A DNA stretch of 64,000 nucleotides from Octopus bimaculoides (Eukaryota): the NCBI RefSeq assembly GCF_001194135.2, contig NC_068982.1, forward strand, positions 29,200,234-29,264,233. Reading direction: 5' to 3'. A model generated the notes under the pieces. The model worked only from the letters and a program-made list of their open reading frames with translations. It was not told the origin of the DNA and searched no databases. Below are positions 24,501 to 39,658 of the stretch, in pieces. The first letter of the stretch is position 1, and each line of letters starts with the position of its first letter. Made by a program: the position numbers and the translations under genes.

Positions 24501-27500
24501 TTGTTTCCAAGATGCTATCTTATTTTCATCCTAGTGTATTTCTGATTGTTTATTAAGTTTTAAAATATATCTATTCTCACTAAAGTTGAAAAATCTTCTG
24601 TTAATGAACCATAATTGTTATGCTTCAAGATATTTATTTTTGTCTATAATCTTCCTCATGCAACTTTCTGTATAGCAACTTTTTTTTCCTTTTGACCATA
24701 AAATTTCTGTTATATCCTTTGTATCAGATGAATTACTTTAAACTAAAAATTATTTTAATTTTTATATCTTATATCAAAAGAAATACAAGATTATTCTAAA
24801 GGAATATAATAAACTACAGAAACTAAGATTCTGATGAGGTAAAATTGACACTTTATGTTTATGAATCTATCATTTGGAATAAATTACATACTTTTCACTA
24901 TCTCACCTCATCAATGTTCAGAATAAAATTATCACAGAAAATGTCACCAGTTAGATGACCAATATAAAACTTAAACTGTTATCATAACCCAAAATAATTT
25001 TCTTATATTTACAAAAGCTTTATAATACAATCTGTATTCAGATGCTCACACACACCCTTATATACATACAAACACATATATACACACATGTGAAAATATT
25101 CATTTTTGTCCTAGCACAAAATAATTTTTAAAAGGGGGGGAAAAAGTTAAGCAACAATGATTGTTACAAGAAAAAGTGAACCATTAAGACCAATTCTAAT
25201 GTAGGATAGCTGTTGTATATATGTACGTATGGTGTGTGCGTGTGTATAAATGTATATGAATTATAATTATATATATATATAATGTAACTTTATATATATA
25301 TATATATAAAGTGTGTATGTTTATGTATGTATGCACTTCAAAAGATATTTAAATAAGTCTAGAACTAAAATAAAAAAAGACTAATGTATTTTTTGTTGTT
25401 TATTATTATAACTAAATAGTATCAAAATATGAATTTCTTTTTAGATATTCTTATAAATAACAGGACGGTGAATATGCTTGATGTATTGTGTAAATTTTAA
25501 GTAAACCCTTATTATACACAAAAGACAAGAGTAATATATCTTTGTTGAATAGTTATGAATTCTTTACATTGTGTGTGTGTATATCAATACATGTATACCT
25601 CCACCCAGAAATATTTTTAATCACATAATATGAATAGAATAGAAAAAAAAAATATTTTTGTCACAAAATGCTATTCATGTAAATATATTTCATGAACCAT
25701 TTAATTTAAAGTGGGAAATAAAATATATCAATTCAAAATCAAGACAACTGAAGTATCATTTTCTTTTTTCATTTGATAGCTTCACTGTCATCATTGCAAT
25801 CATGGATGTGCTGATTGAAATTTCCACATGACTACTTTGTAAAGTATACAACCTTCTGTTAGTAGACTTCACACAAATTTGGGTGCATAAACAGTAATAA
25901 TAAGAAAAAGAAGTAACTGAGAAACAATAGTTATTATATTAGGCATAGGCAACTTTTTTGGAGAAGCAGGCAGCATGAGAAGCATGAGACATGGCTCATC
26001 ATCATGTAGGCTTCAAAGTAAATTTTTATCAGGAATGCTATTCAGGAAGTTCCAAAGGTTGCAGGTTGTCTATGACAATATTAAATATTGGTTTCAAATT
26101 TTGGCACAAGGCCAGTAACTTCAGTGGAGGGGGCAAGTCAATTACATCGAACCCAGTGTACTTATATTGACCCCAGTGTACTGGTACTTATTATTTTTAC
26201 CTTAAAAGGATGAAAGGCAAGATTGACCTCAGTGAAATTTGATCCCAGAATGTAAAGTCAGATGAAATGTTGTCAGCATTTTGTCTGGCTTGCTAACGAT
26301 TCTGCCAGGTCACTGCCTTTGACTATATTAAACATTAAAAGACCCCAATAGTCATGAAGAAATGCCATATTTTAGCACAGATCTTTCTTTTAGTCCTTTC
26401 CATTTTCTATTCTCTTTCTCTTTTCCCTTGACACATCAGTTCTCTCTCATTTCACCTTAACTGATATCAAAAGGAAGTAAATTACATTAGAAAACAATAT
26501 GATTCTCTTAATTTTTCTTTTCCTTATTTACTTTCTTTCCTTCAATCAAGATATCATTCTGAGACTTGTTTCTATTGAAACACAACATTATATAATAATT
26601 TCCCTCAAAGAACCATACGTATGAAAAGACACAGTTATTTTATTTTAATTTAGGCAGATTGTTAGCAGAATAAAGAAAGTGAGTAAATGTATACCCCCAT
26701 GTTGCACAAGCATTGCACTCCTGAAAATTTTGCCAAACTGTGGAGTTCTGTATTGTGAAGTCTATTTTTGACTTCCATGTTACATGGAAATCAAAGACAG
26801 AAAATGTGTTTCACATTATGGAATTCTACATTAACGCAAGATTTTCATGAGCATAATGCTTTGGTAACACAGAGGATGCCTGTATTAATGTAAAATGTGA
26901 AACTTGAAAAGAATGATGCTTGAGATAAATGTGTGTGTGCATGTGTGTGTGTGTATGCATGTGTGTGCGTGCATGCACGCATGTGTGTGCGCATGTGCGT
27001 TCATATCTTAAAATGTTTATAGGCATTAATGTCTATGCAGATATATAAGCAAACTTTACAAACTGTATGTGAGGTTTATAATTAATAAATCTGGAATCAT
27101 TAATTACTTATTAATGTAGACATATAAGAGTGTTCACTACATGATTGAATTAAGTATATGTAGAATCTAGAAATATGTTTATGATAACTGGAAATTATAA
27201 TCTATTCCTTTTACATTTCTGATGATCAAAGACCCCCACCCCAGCAAAAGACATTTGTGTGAAGCCTATTTATTGGCTAAAATTTCTTTTTACTACGCAA
27301 CACACACAGACACACACATACACATGCGGATATATATAAGTTAGTGCATAACATTAGTAAGGCTGGTTGATGAAATGATTTAAATACTATATAAAATTAT
27401 TTGAATTTAAATTTTGATTAAAGAGTGTATAATAGAAGCAATAATAAATATGCATTATGTATAATGTAAAGAAATATCATATTGCATCCATATGACCACA

Positions 27501-30500
27501 TGCATACAACCATTTAAGTATGCATATGACATTCAGTACACATATGTTTAAGAAGAAAAAAATCTGGCAGAAAATAAGTTTTTAGAAAATATTTTAAAAG
27601 CAAAGTTTTCTCTTATGTAGAATACTGTTTCAAAGCCACAGCCTAATGACTGAAATCAGTTAATGAATAAAGAAAACTGTAGAGCAGGTGTCAGCCCTAT
27701 ATATTCATAAATAAATCATGCAAAATACATTCTTGTAGATGTTATTCAAAATACTATTCTACACAAAGTTACAACAAAAACTTGATTATGCTATAAATTT
27801 ATAATTTCGAGAGAAGGTGCCAAATTTTTAAAAATGCCAATATTGTTTTAGTGATTAAAGTTGGAAAAAAAAAAAAATAAGATAAATATATCTCCAGTAA
27901 AACCTTCTCACGTTTTCAATTCAATGCTTTTGCTAATCCCTAAATATTTGTGCATTTGGCTTTATTTATTTATTTATTTCTTTTTCTTTGTCTCAGTAAA
28001 TACTGGATCACTTCAGTCATCTATACTCCACTCCTACAGAACAGGGGATTGTGCCTATTCAAAACAAACCATTATTCCTCTTGGTTTATTAATGATAAAA
28101 TGACCATAGACTGATATATATTTTGCAATAATTTAAATCAACAAATTTATAACCATGAAAATATTTAGTTATCAATATATTACAAATTAACATGACCCCT
28201 TGAGCGTCTAAAGATGACAAAAGTTAACAGGAATCACTAATATGAATCATTAAGTAAATTATTTTAGTACATATTAATCTTTGTTTATAATACCTATATC
28301 AAGATACATTTCTTAAATATTGATAACTTCAGTGATTAAGAAAGCTATACTGCTATAGCTGTAGAATGGGTGAGATGAGTTCTATTCAGAAGTATGTGTT
28401 CACTTCAACCTTATGCTTCTCCTACCCACCTCATAAATCTAATAATATATTCCAGTATAATAGTGAAATACTTTTTAACAAACACAAAAGGAGGAAGGCT
28501 GATTCCTTACTGACAATACTTCAGGCCAGAACCATGAAGTATCACCTCATAAAGCAACTATTTTCTTGACAATTGGATCTTTGTAAAAAATCTTTGAAAT
28601 AAATAGACACCTATTCTGGTAGCAAATAATTCTGAACAGATCAATGATTTGGACTTCTAAGAAAGAATTGATACATGTAATTAAATAAATTTATTTCTAT
28701 TATACTAACAATAAGACAAAGGAAAAATTAATCATATCATAGATTTTTTTTTAGTTTTATATTTTAATTTTTAAATTTCATCAAAATTTATCTATTTATC
28801 TTTAGATGAACTTGTTTCCTTTTTTTTAAAATTTTTATATAGTTGAAGAGAGTTAAAATAATTTAATTTCAAATTATTGCAATGTTTAGTGTACCTAACT
28901 GACTGTGGCATAGTCACTGATGAAGATTCCCACATGGAGCTGTTCAGAAGGTCGCTGTAGTGAAGATTTTCAATGCACTGCAAACAGAACAACAAATAAA
29001 ATATTTCATTGACAATCATACAAAATATTTATTGGGCGTCTTAAATCATATAAAAAATACATATCTTCTATCTTTTACTTGCTTCAGCCATTGGACTACA
29101 ACTATTCTGGGGCACCACCTTGAAGGGTTCAGTCAAGCACATTCACCCCAGTACATTTTTTTTAAAGCCTGGTACTTATTCAATCATTCTTCTTTTGCTA
29201 AACTGAAAGTTACAGGGATGCAAACAAACCAGCGCTAGTTGTCAAGTGGTAGTGAGGAATATTTTTAGTATTTCTCTGAACACACACACATATATTCATT
29301 CAAAATATGTATGATATAAGGATTGCTGAATGAATATAATGCTTAATGGCAATGATGAGGTCAGTAAATGCAAATCTTCAGTGATTAAATAGGTATGCAT
29401 TGAACATGATCCATTTAATGGGCTATAATTCACATGAGAGATAGCTATACATGTATGGAATGAATATAATATAAGCAAAAAAGAAGGTTATACTGGTATG
29501 GACAGAATGGTATGTAATATATACAGGAGACATAGCTACATGGAACGAATGATGTATAATGAGGTGAAAAATTATTCTGTGTTTATAGAGGGAAGTATTT
29601 TGCTGTAAAGCTAGAGCAAAGAAGAGCTGAAAAGGATTAGACCTGAAAATATGGAATCTAAGAAATGAGAAAATGAATTGAGATGGACAAGGATGATAGC
29701 GATGAGAAAGGTTGCAATGACTAGGTACTCTTTGATCCCTAGATAATCAAGTGTTTTTGATTCATTTACTCCAGTACTTAAATAAGTGAAAATTGCCATG
29801 ATAGCACAATGAAATTCAGACCAACATCAATATTTTTTTTTTATTCTTAAGAAAATGAAGATTAAAAATGAAAAAGTTCTAAGTAAAAAAAAACAGTCAG
29901 ATTTCTACTTGCATTGAGAAATTATTATCTCAGTTTATATCCTCATCACCATTCAGCATTATAGAAAAAGATATTGTAAAATTTCTAATGTGTAGATTGT
30001 GTTTCCCAGCTGGTGTTGCCCAAAATGCTAGGGCTCGAAAAGGCTGCTTGAATTTCTGAGAATGATAGTGATACACAGATGATTTTGCAAGAGAGAAGAC
30101 TGCATTGGTATGGTCATGTGATGCATATTGATAAGGACAGCTGCATAAAGAAGTGTCACTCTCTAACTGTGGAGGGAACATGGGAAAGAGGTAGACCCAG
30201 GAAGATATGGGACAAGGTGGTGAAGCATGATCTTCAGACATTGAATCTTATGGAGATGATGACAATTAATTGAGAGCGTTGGTGATTCGCTGTGCTTGAG
30301 AAGACATGTCAAACCAAGTGAAATCTTAGTTGCGGCCAATGGCAGTGACACAGAAAAGGCACCCGTACCAGTGACATGTAAAAGGTACTTGTGCAGCTGA
30401 CATGTAAAAGCACCCACTACATTCTTGGAATGGTTGGCATTAGGAAGAACATCCATTCATAGAAACCAAGCCAAATTAGACAGGAGCCTGGTACCAGTCC

Positions 30501-32916
30501 CAGTAAAGCCATCTAACCCATGCCAGCATGGAAAATGGACATGAAATGATGATGATGATATACAGACTAATAATTGGAAGCAAATGAATTTTTTAGTTTC
30601 TTTTGTTTATTCTAAGTTCATAGTTTTATTAGACATGTTGTGCATGTGTAATAAATCTTGCCACTTGCAGGAAGTAGTGAAATCCTATGGGTAAAACTGG
30701 TTTCTTAATGGTGAATTCTAATTTGATATTAAGCAATTTCTCAAATTTTTAAACTTTCCTTTGTAATATCTGATGAATTTAGTGCAGCGAAACCTTTTAA
30801 AGACAATTTTAAGATTTGTTTAATCATGAAAGAAAACTTTTACTAAAAATAGTAATTTTTTTGTAGGTTTTCTTTCGAATGTGAATGTATTTCAAGGGTT
30901 TTCAAAAGACTATTATGATTGGAAAATGCTTGCTTAACCTAAACATATTTGAATTCTATCTAAAAAATGCTGATTATGTCTTTTTCTTTTTCCATTTGTA
31001 AATTGAAGATTTATCATGACAGATTAAAAATATAATCACAATAAGACCTCGTCTAATTAATTATTTCAAAAAGCATTATGAATATAGAATTTTTTTTTTT
31101 TTTAAGTATAGCAACAAAAATGTAGTTCTTACCTGACTAATCTCACTACACCAAGCAGCTTTTTCTTGTGGGGTTGCTGCCACTAGGGACAGTGTTAATG
31201 GTGGTCCACTTTTTGAATCTATAATAAGACGGAATTCAAGACCATGATGATCTGGTCTATCTTTTCCATCAGTTTGGTTTCCCAATGCATTTGGACCAAG
31301 TGACTGACTGCCAAAACTGCCAACCGAGTCTAAAGAATAAGCTAAACAAACAAAAGAAACAAAATATTATGTTTACAATGCCTTAATAACAGCAGAGGTT
31401 TAAACAAAAATGCCAGCCATAAAAAAATATTCAAATTAATATAAATATAGAAATAATACATTTCTAAATCTCTCAGAGAGATTTATGCAGTAGTGATACG
31501 ATGAAGTAGTTGTATGCTGTCAACTTAATGTGACAGTCCCCTGAAGGGAATAATACAACTGTTGGTTAGACCTAGGAAATTGCACTGCTTCCTGTCGGCC
31601 TTGACATTTCCTGTGTCCTTATTTTCACAAAGGGGAGACAAGCACCTCCACCCAGCTAAGCCTGCATCCAGAGACATGTTTCTGAGTCTTTGCTACTCCA
31701 GACTGATGACAATCAAAGACTCAGAAACATGTCTCTGGATGTAGGCTTAGCTGAGTGGAGGTGCTTGTCTCCCTCTTGTAAACATAAGGACACAGGAAAT
31801 GTGTCAAGGCCGACAGGAAGTGGTGCAGCTTCCTAGGTCTAACCAACAGTAGTGTTATTCCCTTCAGGTGACTGTCACATTAAGTTGATAATATAAATAT
31901 TCTTCAAATCCTGCAGGTAAACATTATTACCATATTTGTAGATAATGTTTCAGTCTTCTTAATCAATTGATTCTTTATTATTTGTTGAAACATTTCAAAA
32001 CCAATTTCATGCCATATCTCATGTTTTATGCTTATGTTTTGATTTCTCATTACTGCTTTGTTTTAAACTTCTTGAAAATCATTGACTGCATTAAAAGTGA
32101 TTTAAAAGAAAACATTCACTCATACACTTATTACAAACATTCACACACATGTAGATGTACACATCTTCCTAAACACCTCCTCTCCACTGTGTTCACCACT
32201 CTCCCTGCATTTACCTCTCCTCTGTCTCCCACTCACTCACCCTGTTCAAGCCTCTGTTTCACTTCACTTCTAGTCACCTCCCTGTCACTTGAGGATATGT
32301 CCCAACATATCTTCTTCACTAGTTTCTATCACTCTCCGCTCTGTCTCTTTCATTCCTTCTTTCTCTCTCCCTCTCTATTTTTCCAACTGGAGTAGTCATG
32401 TATCTCTTCTACAGCAAGGCACTAATTTTTGTCCTTCTATCATACTCTAACCTCTGATCACCTGGCACAAGACCACTTCCCTCAATACTACTCTCTCCTC
32501 AGTTGTGGGTCATGTCTTGCAAGTTACTTGGTGGCTTTGCCAGTGCCCTGTAAAACCCCCCCAATAAACTCTGTAAAGTGGTTGGCATTAGGAAACCATG
32601 CCAATGCAGTCTGATGAGTATGATGCAATCTTCCAGTTCATCAGCTCCTGTCAAAACAACCCAACCCATGCCTGCATGGAAAACAAACATCAAATGGTGA
32701 TTATGTTGATAATGATATATATATATATATTCTTTTCTACTCGAGACACAAGGCATGAAATTTTGGGGGAGGGTCCAGTTAATTAGATTGAGCCAAGTAT
32801 GCAACTGGTACTTAATTTATTGACCCTGAAAGGATGAAAGGCAAAGTCGACCTTGGTGGAATAAATATATATATATATAAAGAATAGTATAAATAACTAC
32901 ACATACACAACATGTC

Positions 32917-32964
<48 letters not shown>

Positions 32965-35419
32965 CATACATATATATAAGAATAAATATATACATATCTA
33001 CACACAAAATACACACACATATATACACAGAAATACACATATATACATTTGCATATATAAATATATACGTAAATATATATATATACATTTACATATATAA
33101 TTATTACATAAACTATTATTATTATAAATTATATATATATTATAATATATAAATTATATATTATATATATAAGTTATATAAATTAAATTATATAATATAA
33201 ATTATTATTATTATAAATTATATTACATATATAATTATCTTAATTATTAATTTTTCTATATGTGACAGTGGATTTTCATCGATGAGTTCATGAACCTAGG
33301 TTCTTTTCCCTAAAACTATATATATATATATATATCAGCACCCAGTCCACACTGTAAAGTGGCTGGCGTTTGGAAGGGCATCCAGCTGTAAAAACCTTGC
33401 CAAAACTGACCTCACCTGTGCTTGTGCCATATAATAAAGCACAAAGTCCACTTTGCTGAGTGGTTGGTGTTAGGAAGGGCATCCAGCTGTAAAAATCCTG
33501 CCAAAACAGTTACAGAAGTCTGGTGCAGGCTTCTACCTGGACGACTCTTGTCAAACTGTCCCACCCACGCCAGCATGGAAGGCAGACATCAAACACAATG
33601 ATGTTGGTGATGATGATATTATGTGAAGGCACTTGACCTAGCAGTTAGGGTGTTGCACTTATGATTACTAGATTGTGGGTTTGATTCCTGCATGGGGTGA
33701 CACATTATGTCATTGAGCAAAACACTTCATTTCACATTGCTCTGCAATCATTTCGACATCAGATGTGTGACACACTTGTGCACCTGCACAGATAATGTTG
33801 ATTTGATAGAGGGAGGGAGCCAATGTACAGCATATACATTTGATCACTATAAACAAATCCTTTGCACAACAAATCATGTACCCTAAAACTGCACAATTAT
33901 ACATCATCTTCAATGGAAGGTTCCATCGTACATATATATTGCCTCCTGTCTAAGGAAGTATAAGGACTTTCCATGCAGATATACACAATGGTCTTTAGTT
34001 TCCATCTACCAAATTCACTCACAAGATTTTGGTCTGCCAGAGGCTATAGCAGAAGACACTTACCCAAGATGTGTAGCAGGACTGAACCTGAAACCACATA
34101 GTTCGGAAGCAAACTCCTTACCCATGTAGCCATGGCTGCACCAATATATGTGTGTGTGCGAGTGTTCGTGTGTGTGCATAGGAGAGAGAATGTGTATGTG
34201 CATATGTAGACACAAACACACAGTAGTTTCTGTCTACTAATTGCAGGTGCGTAACTCAGTGGTTAGAGTGTCAGGCTCACAATCATGAGGAAGTGAGTTT
34301 GATTCCTGGACCAGGCTGTGTGTTGTGTTCTTGAGCAAGGCACTTTATTTCATGTTTCTTCAGTTCACTCAGCGGTAGAAATGAGTTGCGACGTCACTGG
34401 TGCCAAGCTGTATTGGCCTTTACCTTGGATACATCAGTGGCATGACGAGAGGTGGCTGGTATGCATGGATGACTGCTGATCTTCCATAAACAACCTTGAC
34501 TGTACTTGTGCCTCAGTGGGGAATTTTCTAGGTGCAATTCCATGGTCGTTCATGACTGAAGGGGGTCTTTATCCTTTACAAATTGTACACTAATTCCATT
34601 CATAAAACATTGATCAAGCTGAAGTTACAGTGGAAGTGACTTGCCCAGGGTGCTATGTGATAGAACATAAGACTGCATGGTTACAAAATAAACTTTGTGC
34701 ACAACTCAGAAAACAGAATAAAGTTGATGTGTTGTGCTATCATACACTAATCAAATTAGACAAACTTACATTGATTTAGCTTTCTGTAACCTAAAATAAA
34801 TTCTCACCAAGTCAAGAAAAGATCCTTTCCACAATCACTGAAGATGCTAGAAATAACAAACAAATTTCCCTCATGAAATGAGGAAAGACAGACATGAAAG
34901 CAATCTTACCAATTTCTCCATCTATTTTCCATTTTATTTTAAAGTTAAACTTACTGTCTTCATCAACGAGGAAAACTTCAGAACTGGGATCTTCAATAAG
35001 TGTGCAGTCTATCAGAGGAATTTTCCCTTGTTGCTGGAAAGAATCCATAGAAAGTAATTTTATAGCAAAAATTATAATTTTTTTTTTTTTTTATAATCAT
35101 AACAAAATAACGAAGGTTTTAATGATAACTACAATAGCTTTATAGATTACCCTGGTAGAGAAAAATGAATATATAAAAACAAAAGCAATTCAGTGGAAAT
35201 GTGTTTTCNNNNNNNNNNNNNNNNNNNNNNNNNNNNNNNNNNNNNNNNNNNNNNNNNNNNNNNNNNNNNNNNNNNNNNNNNNNNNNNNNNNNNNNNNNNN
35301 NNNNNNNNNNNNNNNNNNNNNNNNNNNNNNNNNNNNNNNNNNNNNNNNNNNNNNNNNNNNNNNNNNNNNNNNNNNNNNNNNNNNNNNNNNNNNNNNNNNN
35401 NNNNNNNNNNNNNNNNNNN

Positions 35420-35451
<32 letters not shown>

Positions 35452-38400
35452 TAGATATTGCTTTCATATTTGTTTTGCAAGATTGTTGATGAGAAATTGT
35501 GACTTGAAATGGAAGTTGTACTTTGGGTGGGTCAGTTCTTCAATTATACTGGGTTGCATTTCACTTCTTTTTTTTATTTGTTGACTAGCTACATTGTTAA
35601 CCGATCGATTTTTGATCATTCATTCAGTCAGTTCATTAGATTCCCTTCCTTACAGCTTCTGCCCTCATCCTCACATTGATATGCACTTCCAGTTAGTGTG
35701 AAGCTAACAGGAGGTGCTCAGTGATATGAGGAGCAGATAAGGGCACATCTTCAATGATGTCACAGGCTGTGGTGAAAGGACTGAGGTGACCAATGCGATC
35801 AATTGATCACATGACTAACTAAGCAATTGATGAGTTAATTAGTGAGCCAACAATAATTAAAAGAAATGAAATACAAACTGTATGTATGTATTTTGGTTGG
35901 TTAATGACCCTCTAAAGTACTATATATATATATATAAAATACTTAAATATATATAAAATACTTAAATATGTATAAAATCATCATTATCATCATCATCCTC
36001 AACATTGTCATTTTACATCCATTTTCATAGCTGGCATTTGTTAGACAGGTCCGAGTCAGCTCCTATTCAAAGTTACTGCATCTTGCGTTTACAATATGAG
36101 TATGAATGTGATGGACTAAATAGAGAAAATACAATGGAAGGAGAGACATGAAAGAGAGACAATGGCAAGTGGGCTCATTAAAGGGAAACAATAGAAATGG
36201 CAGAGAATGGTGCAAGCCAACAATGTGTAGATTGATATGGGATGGTTAATGTGAGAGCAAAGAGGAATAAGCAATAAAGATGTGTGATAACGAGAATGAT
36301 ATGAAGGTGAGACAATGATAGCTAGCCATCTCCTCTTCCACAGATGTCATGGTGACAGAGTGATACAAAGTGATGGTGGAGGGGATTGAAGAAAAAGTCC
36401 AGTGCACTACAGAGAATAGGAGAGAGGGAGTGAGAAATAGATGAGAAAATAATGAAGGCAGTAGATGAAGAGTTGACAGGGATATAACATAATGGAGAAG
36501 TCTGAAAGTAGATATGTTACACGTTCCAAACTTTATTGCCATCACTTTTTTAATGACCATTTTTTTCACACTTGCAATAATGGGTTCATCTTTTTATGCA
36601 CCATTTGCTGCAAGTCATCACAATTCTAAATATATAAATTTATTTTGAGTATGCTTGCAATTCTAATAACTGTTGTGATACATTTTAAATTAAGCTATAT
36701 TCATATAACATTTATATAGGAAATACACCTCTAAACAGAGTGCATCAATTTGTCATGTACTTATTATTGATGGCTAAAAGGTGCATTTCAACTCAATCAA
36801 TTTTATTATTTGACACATTCAGTTTTCACTTTTCTTTAGAAAAGTTTTGAGGGAGGAAAAAAAAATTAAACAAAATATTCATCTCCAACCTTAAAACAAG
36901 AGAACTGATGCTTCAAAACTTCTTGAGAACAATTCATTTTGATTCCATTACAAGACATGTCACAAGAAAAAAAAAGTACATTTCTCTAACTACAGTGCAT
37001 GGTGATTAACAAACATACAATGTGCATTAATGATTCACTGGTTATAATGATTCAATACATCAACACAGCACAAGCTCACAATACTTATTTACTCTTTACT
37101 GACAATACTACTCCAGTAGTAATTCTTTGGTGATATGAAGTGTCTTATAAACATTATCAAAAACACTTACATTTTTTTGACTGACCTTAATCTTACCAAT
37201 ACACTATCTGCCAATGATTAAATCTTTATCAAAATATCAAAAGTAACTATTGCAACTGAAAAAAATTTCTACTACATCCAAAATATATAACACATTGGCT
37301 TCATGAATGGTTTTGTTTCCATAAAGTCAGCTTTGTTTAAGCGATTCCATTACAGCTTCACACTGAATTACTTTTTCATTAACTATTCTATTGGATCAGT
37401 TTATTTTTAGATCTTGCAGTAATTGGAAGACAGATAGCTGTTGTTGTTGCAGTAGACTCAGTTGACTTTGATTAAAGAGACTTATACATGAAAGTAACCA
37501 ATTATACAACTAGGTATGATCTTGCTGTAACATGTACCATGTTTGGTGGCATGTAAGATGCACTTTCTTCTCAAAATATTGTCATGAAAAAAGAAAAAGG
37601 AAATCTTCTTGGGTTCTTTATGTGAGATTCATTTAAGTGTTACATTTTTTAATGCGCTAAAAGCATTTTTTCCTGAAAATTCACTGTTGAAATTAGGATA
37701 AATCTAATATACCCATGTCATTTATGCCATCAAATATATTAGTAGTAATTGTTATTGTAGTTTAGTTGATGTCTGGATAGAGCAGACTTAAGTTTAGCAC
37801 TGACCAGTCAAATGATGAAGTGTTTGAGAACCATAGTGAATTCTCTGAAAAAGCATTGGTTTATTAAATGAAGCACAGGGCAGCAGTCTAGACATTTCTG
37901 ACACTATTCAGTCAGTTATTGCATACTTTGTTGTGTAGCGAGCATGAAATTTATCTTTATTGAAAGGGAAAACAATGACTTAATTTAGATATGTTTTTTA
38001 AGCATTTATCAGTTAAACAAATGTGTAATCATTAAGTGCTTAGAAAGTTTAACCTTAAAAAGGGATTAGGAATAGAGGGTGTTTCATGTTAATGTAAGAA
38101 AATATATTTTAATGAAGCTACTTCATCTCAGCTGTTTAGGCTTCATATCAGTTTCCTATATTTTCTATTTTTTATTGTTTAATTACACTATAATAGGTGT
38201 GTGTGTGTGTACTTTCCTATGATATCATTCCACACACTCAAATAAGACATCACGTTTATCTCATCCATGTAGATGTATAAATGGGAAATATGGTAATACA
38301 GTAAAAATATATAAATATACATGATTATATTCATATGTGTAAATATTCTCATAAACTAGTAGCAATAGACAGAGTTTCATTTGCAGGGCTGATTTCTAAT

Positions 38401-38495
38401 ATAACCACTCTACCCATCACCTGTATTGAGTATTCACTTCAACTCTGGTCTTCCTGCTTCCATGCCAGTAATACTATGTATATATAGATTACATA

Positions 38496-38566
<71 letters not shown>

Positions 38567-38677
38567 NNNNNNNNNNACATACATACTACATACCTACAAA
38601 TATATATATACACAATGTATGTGTAAATACAAATATACATAGCTGTACATTCATATATGCATATGTATGCACATATT

Positions 38678-38718
<41 letters not shown>

Positions 38719-39158
38719 TTAGATTCAAGGTGAATATGGTACTTAAGTTTAGGCACATATATGGGCATCTTTCTGTTTCTTTCTACCAAATCCACCAACA
38801 AGGCTTTGGATGGCCTGATGCTGTAGTAGAAGACAGTTGTCCAAGGTGCCATGCAGTGGCACTGAACCCAGAATCATGTGGTTTGGAAGCAAACTTCTTA
38901 TCACACAGCCACTTCAGTATCTACATACACATACTTACATACATATGTATGTGCATGTTTGTGTGTGCGCGTGTGTGTACTTTTGGTTGTACAAATCAAA
39001 GAAAAATACTCAAATAACTGAGAGAGGTTATTTATTAGATTGGAATTGATAATTCAGTGTTAGCACTCTGGGTATCTTGGTTTTAAATATTTCACTCAAG
39101 GGACAAAGTTGAGACAACAACTAGTTGGGATTCAGATCCAGTTACTGTGTTATTGTGA

Positions 39159-39199
<41 letters not shown>

Positions 39200-39625
39200 N
39201 NNNNNNNNNNNNNNNNNNNNNNNNNNNNNNNNNNNNNNNNNNNNNNNNNNNNNNNNNNNNNNNNNNNNNNNNNNNNNNNNNNNNNNNNNNNNNNNNNNNN
39301 NNNNNNNNNNNNNNNNNNNNNNNNNNNNNNNNNNNNNNNNNNNNNNNNNNNNNNNNNNNNNNNNNNNNNNNNNNNNNNNNNNNNNNNNNNNNNNNNNNNN
39401 NNNNNNNNNNNNNNNNNNNNNNNNNNNNNNNNNNNNNNNNNNNNNNNNNNNNNNNNNNNNNNNNNNNNNNNNNNNNNNNNNNNNNNNNNNNNNNNNNNNN
39501 NNNNNNNNNNNNNNNNNNNNNNNNNNNNNNNNNNNNNNNNNNNNNNNNNNNNNNNNNNNNNNNNNNNNNNNNNNNNNNNNNNNNNNNNNNNNNNNNNNNN
39601 NNNNNNNNNNNNNNNNNNNNNNNNN

Positions 39626-39658
<33 letters not shown>

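Noticed and set aside
24280-24560. Lys-rich exon-like stretch on the minus strand in intron D-E
   Set aside because: No polypyrimidine acceptor, the candidate length (61 nt) is not a multiple of 3, and the frames hit stops.
29611-29799. 62-aa hydrophobic ORF (MAIFTYLST...) that looks like a membrane peptide or NUMT
   Set aside because: No recognisable family; hydrophobic ORFs are expected on T-rich strands.
35146-35175. Strong acceptor followed by G then GTAAT (1-nt microexon or recursive site) upstream of exon B
   Set aside because: It is not a true AG|GT junction, a 1-nt exon breaks the frame with the normal exon B acceptor, and exons A and B already join cleanly.
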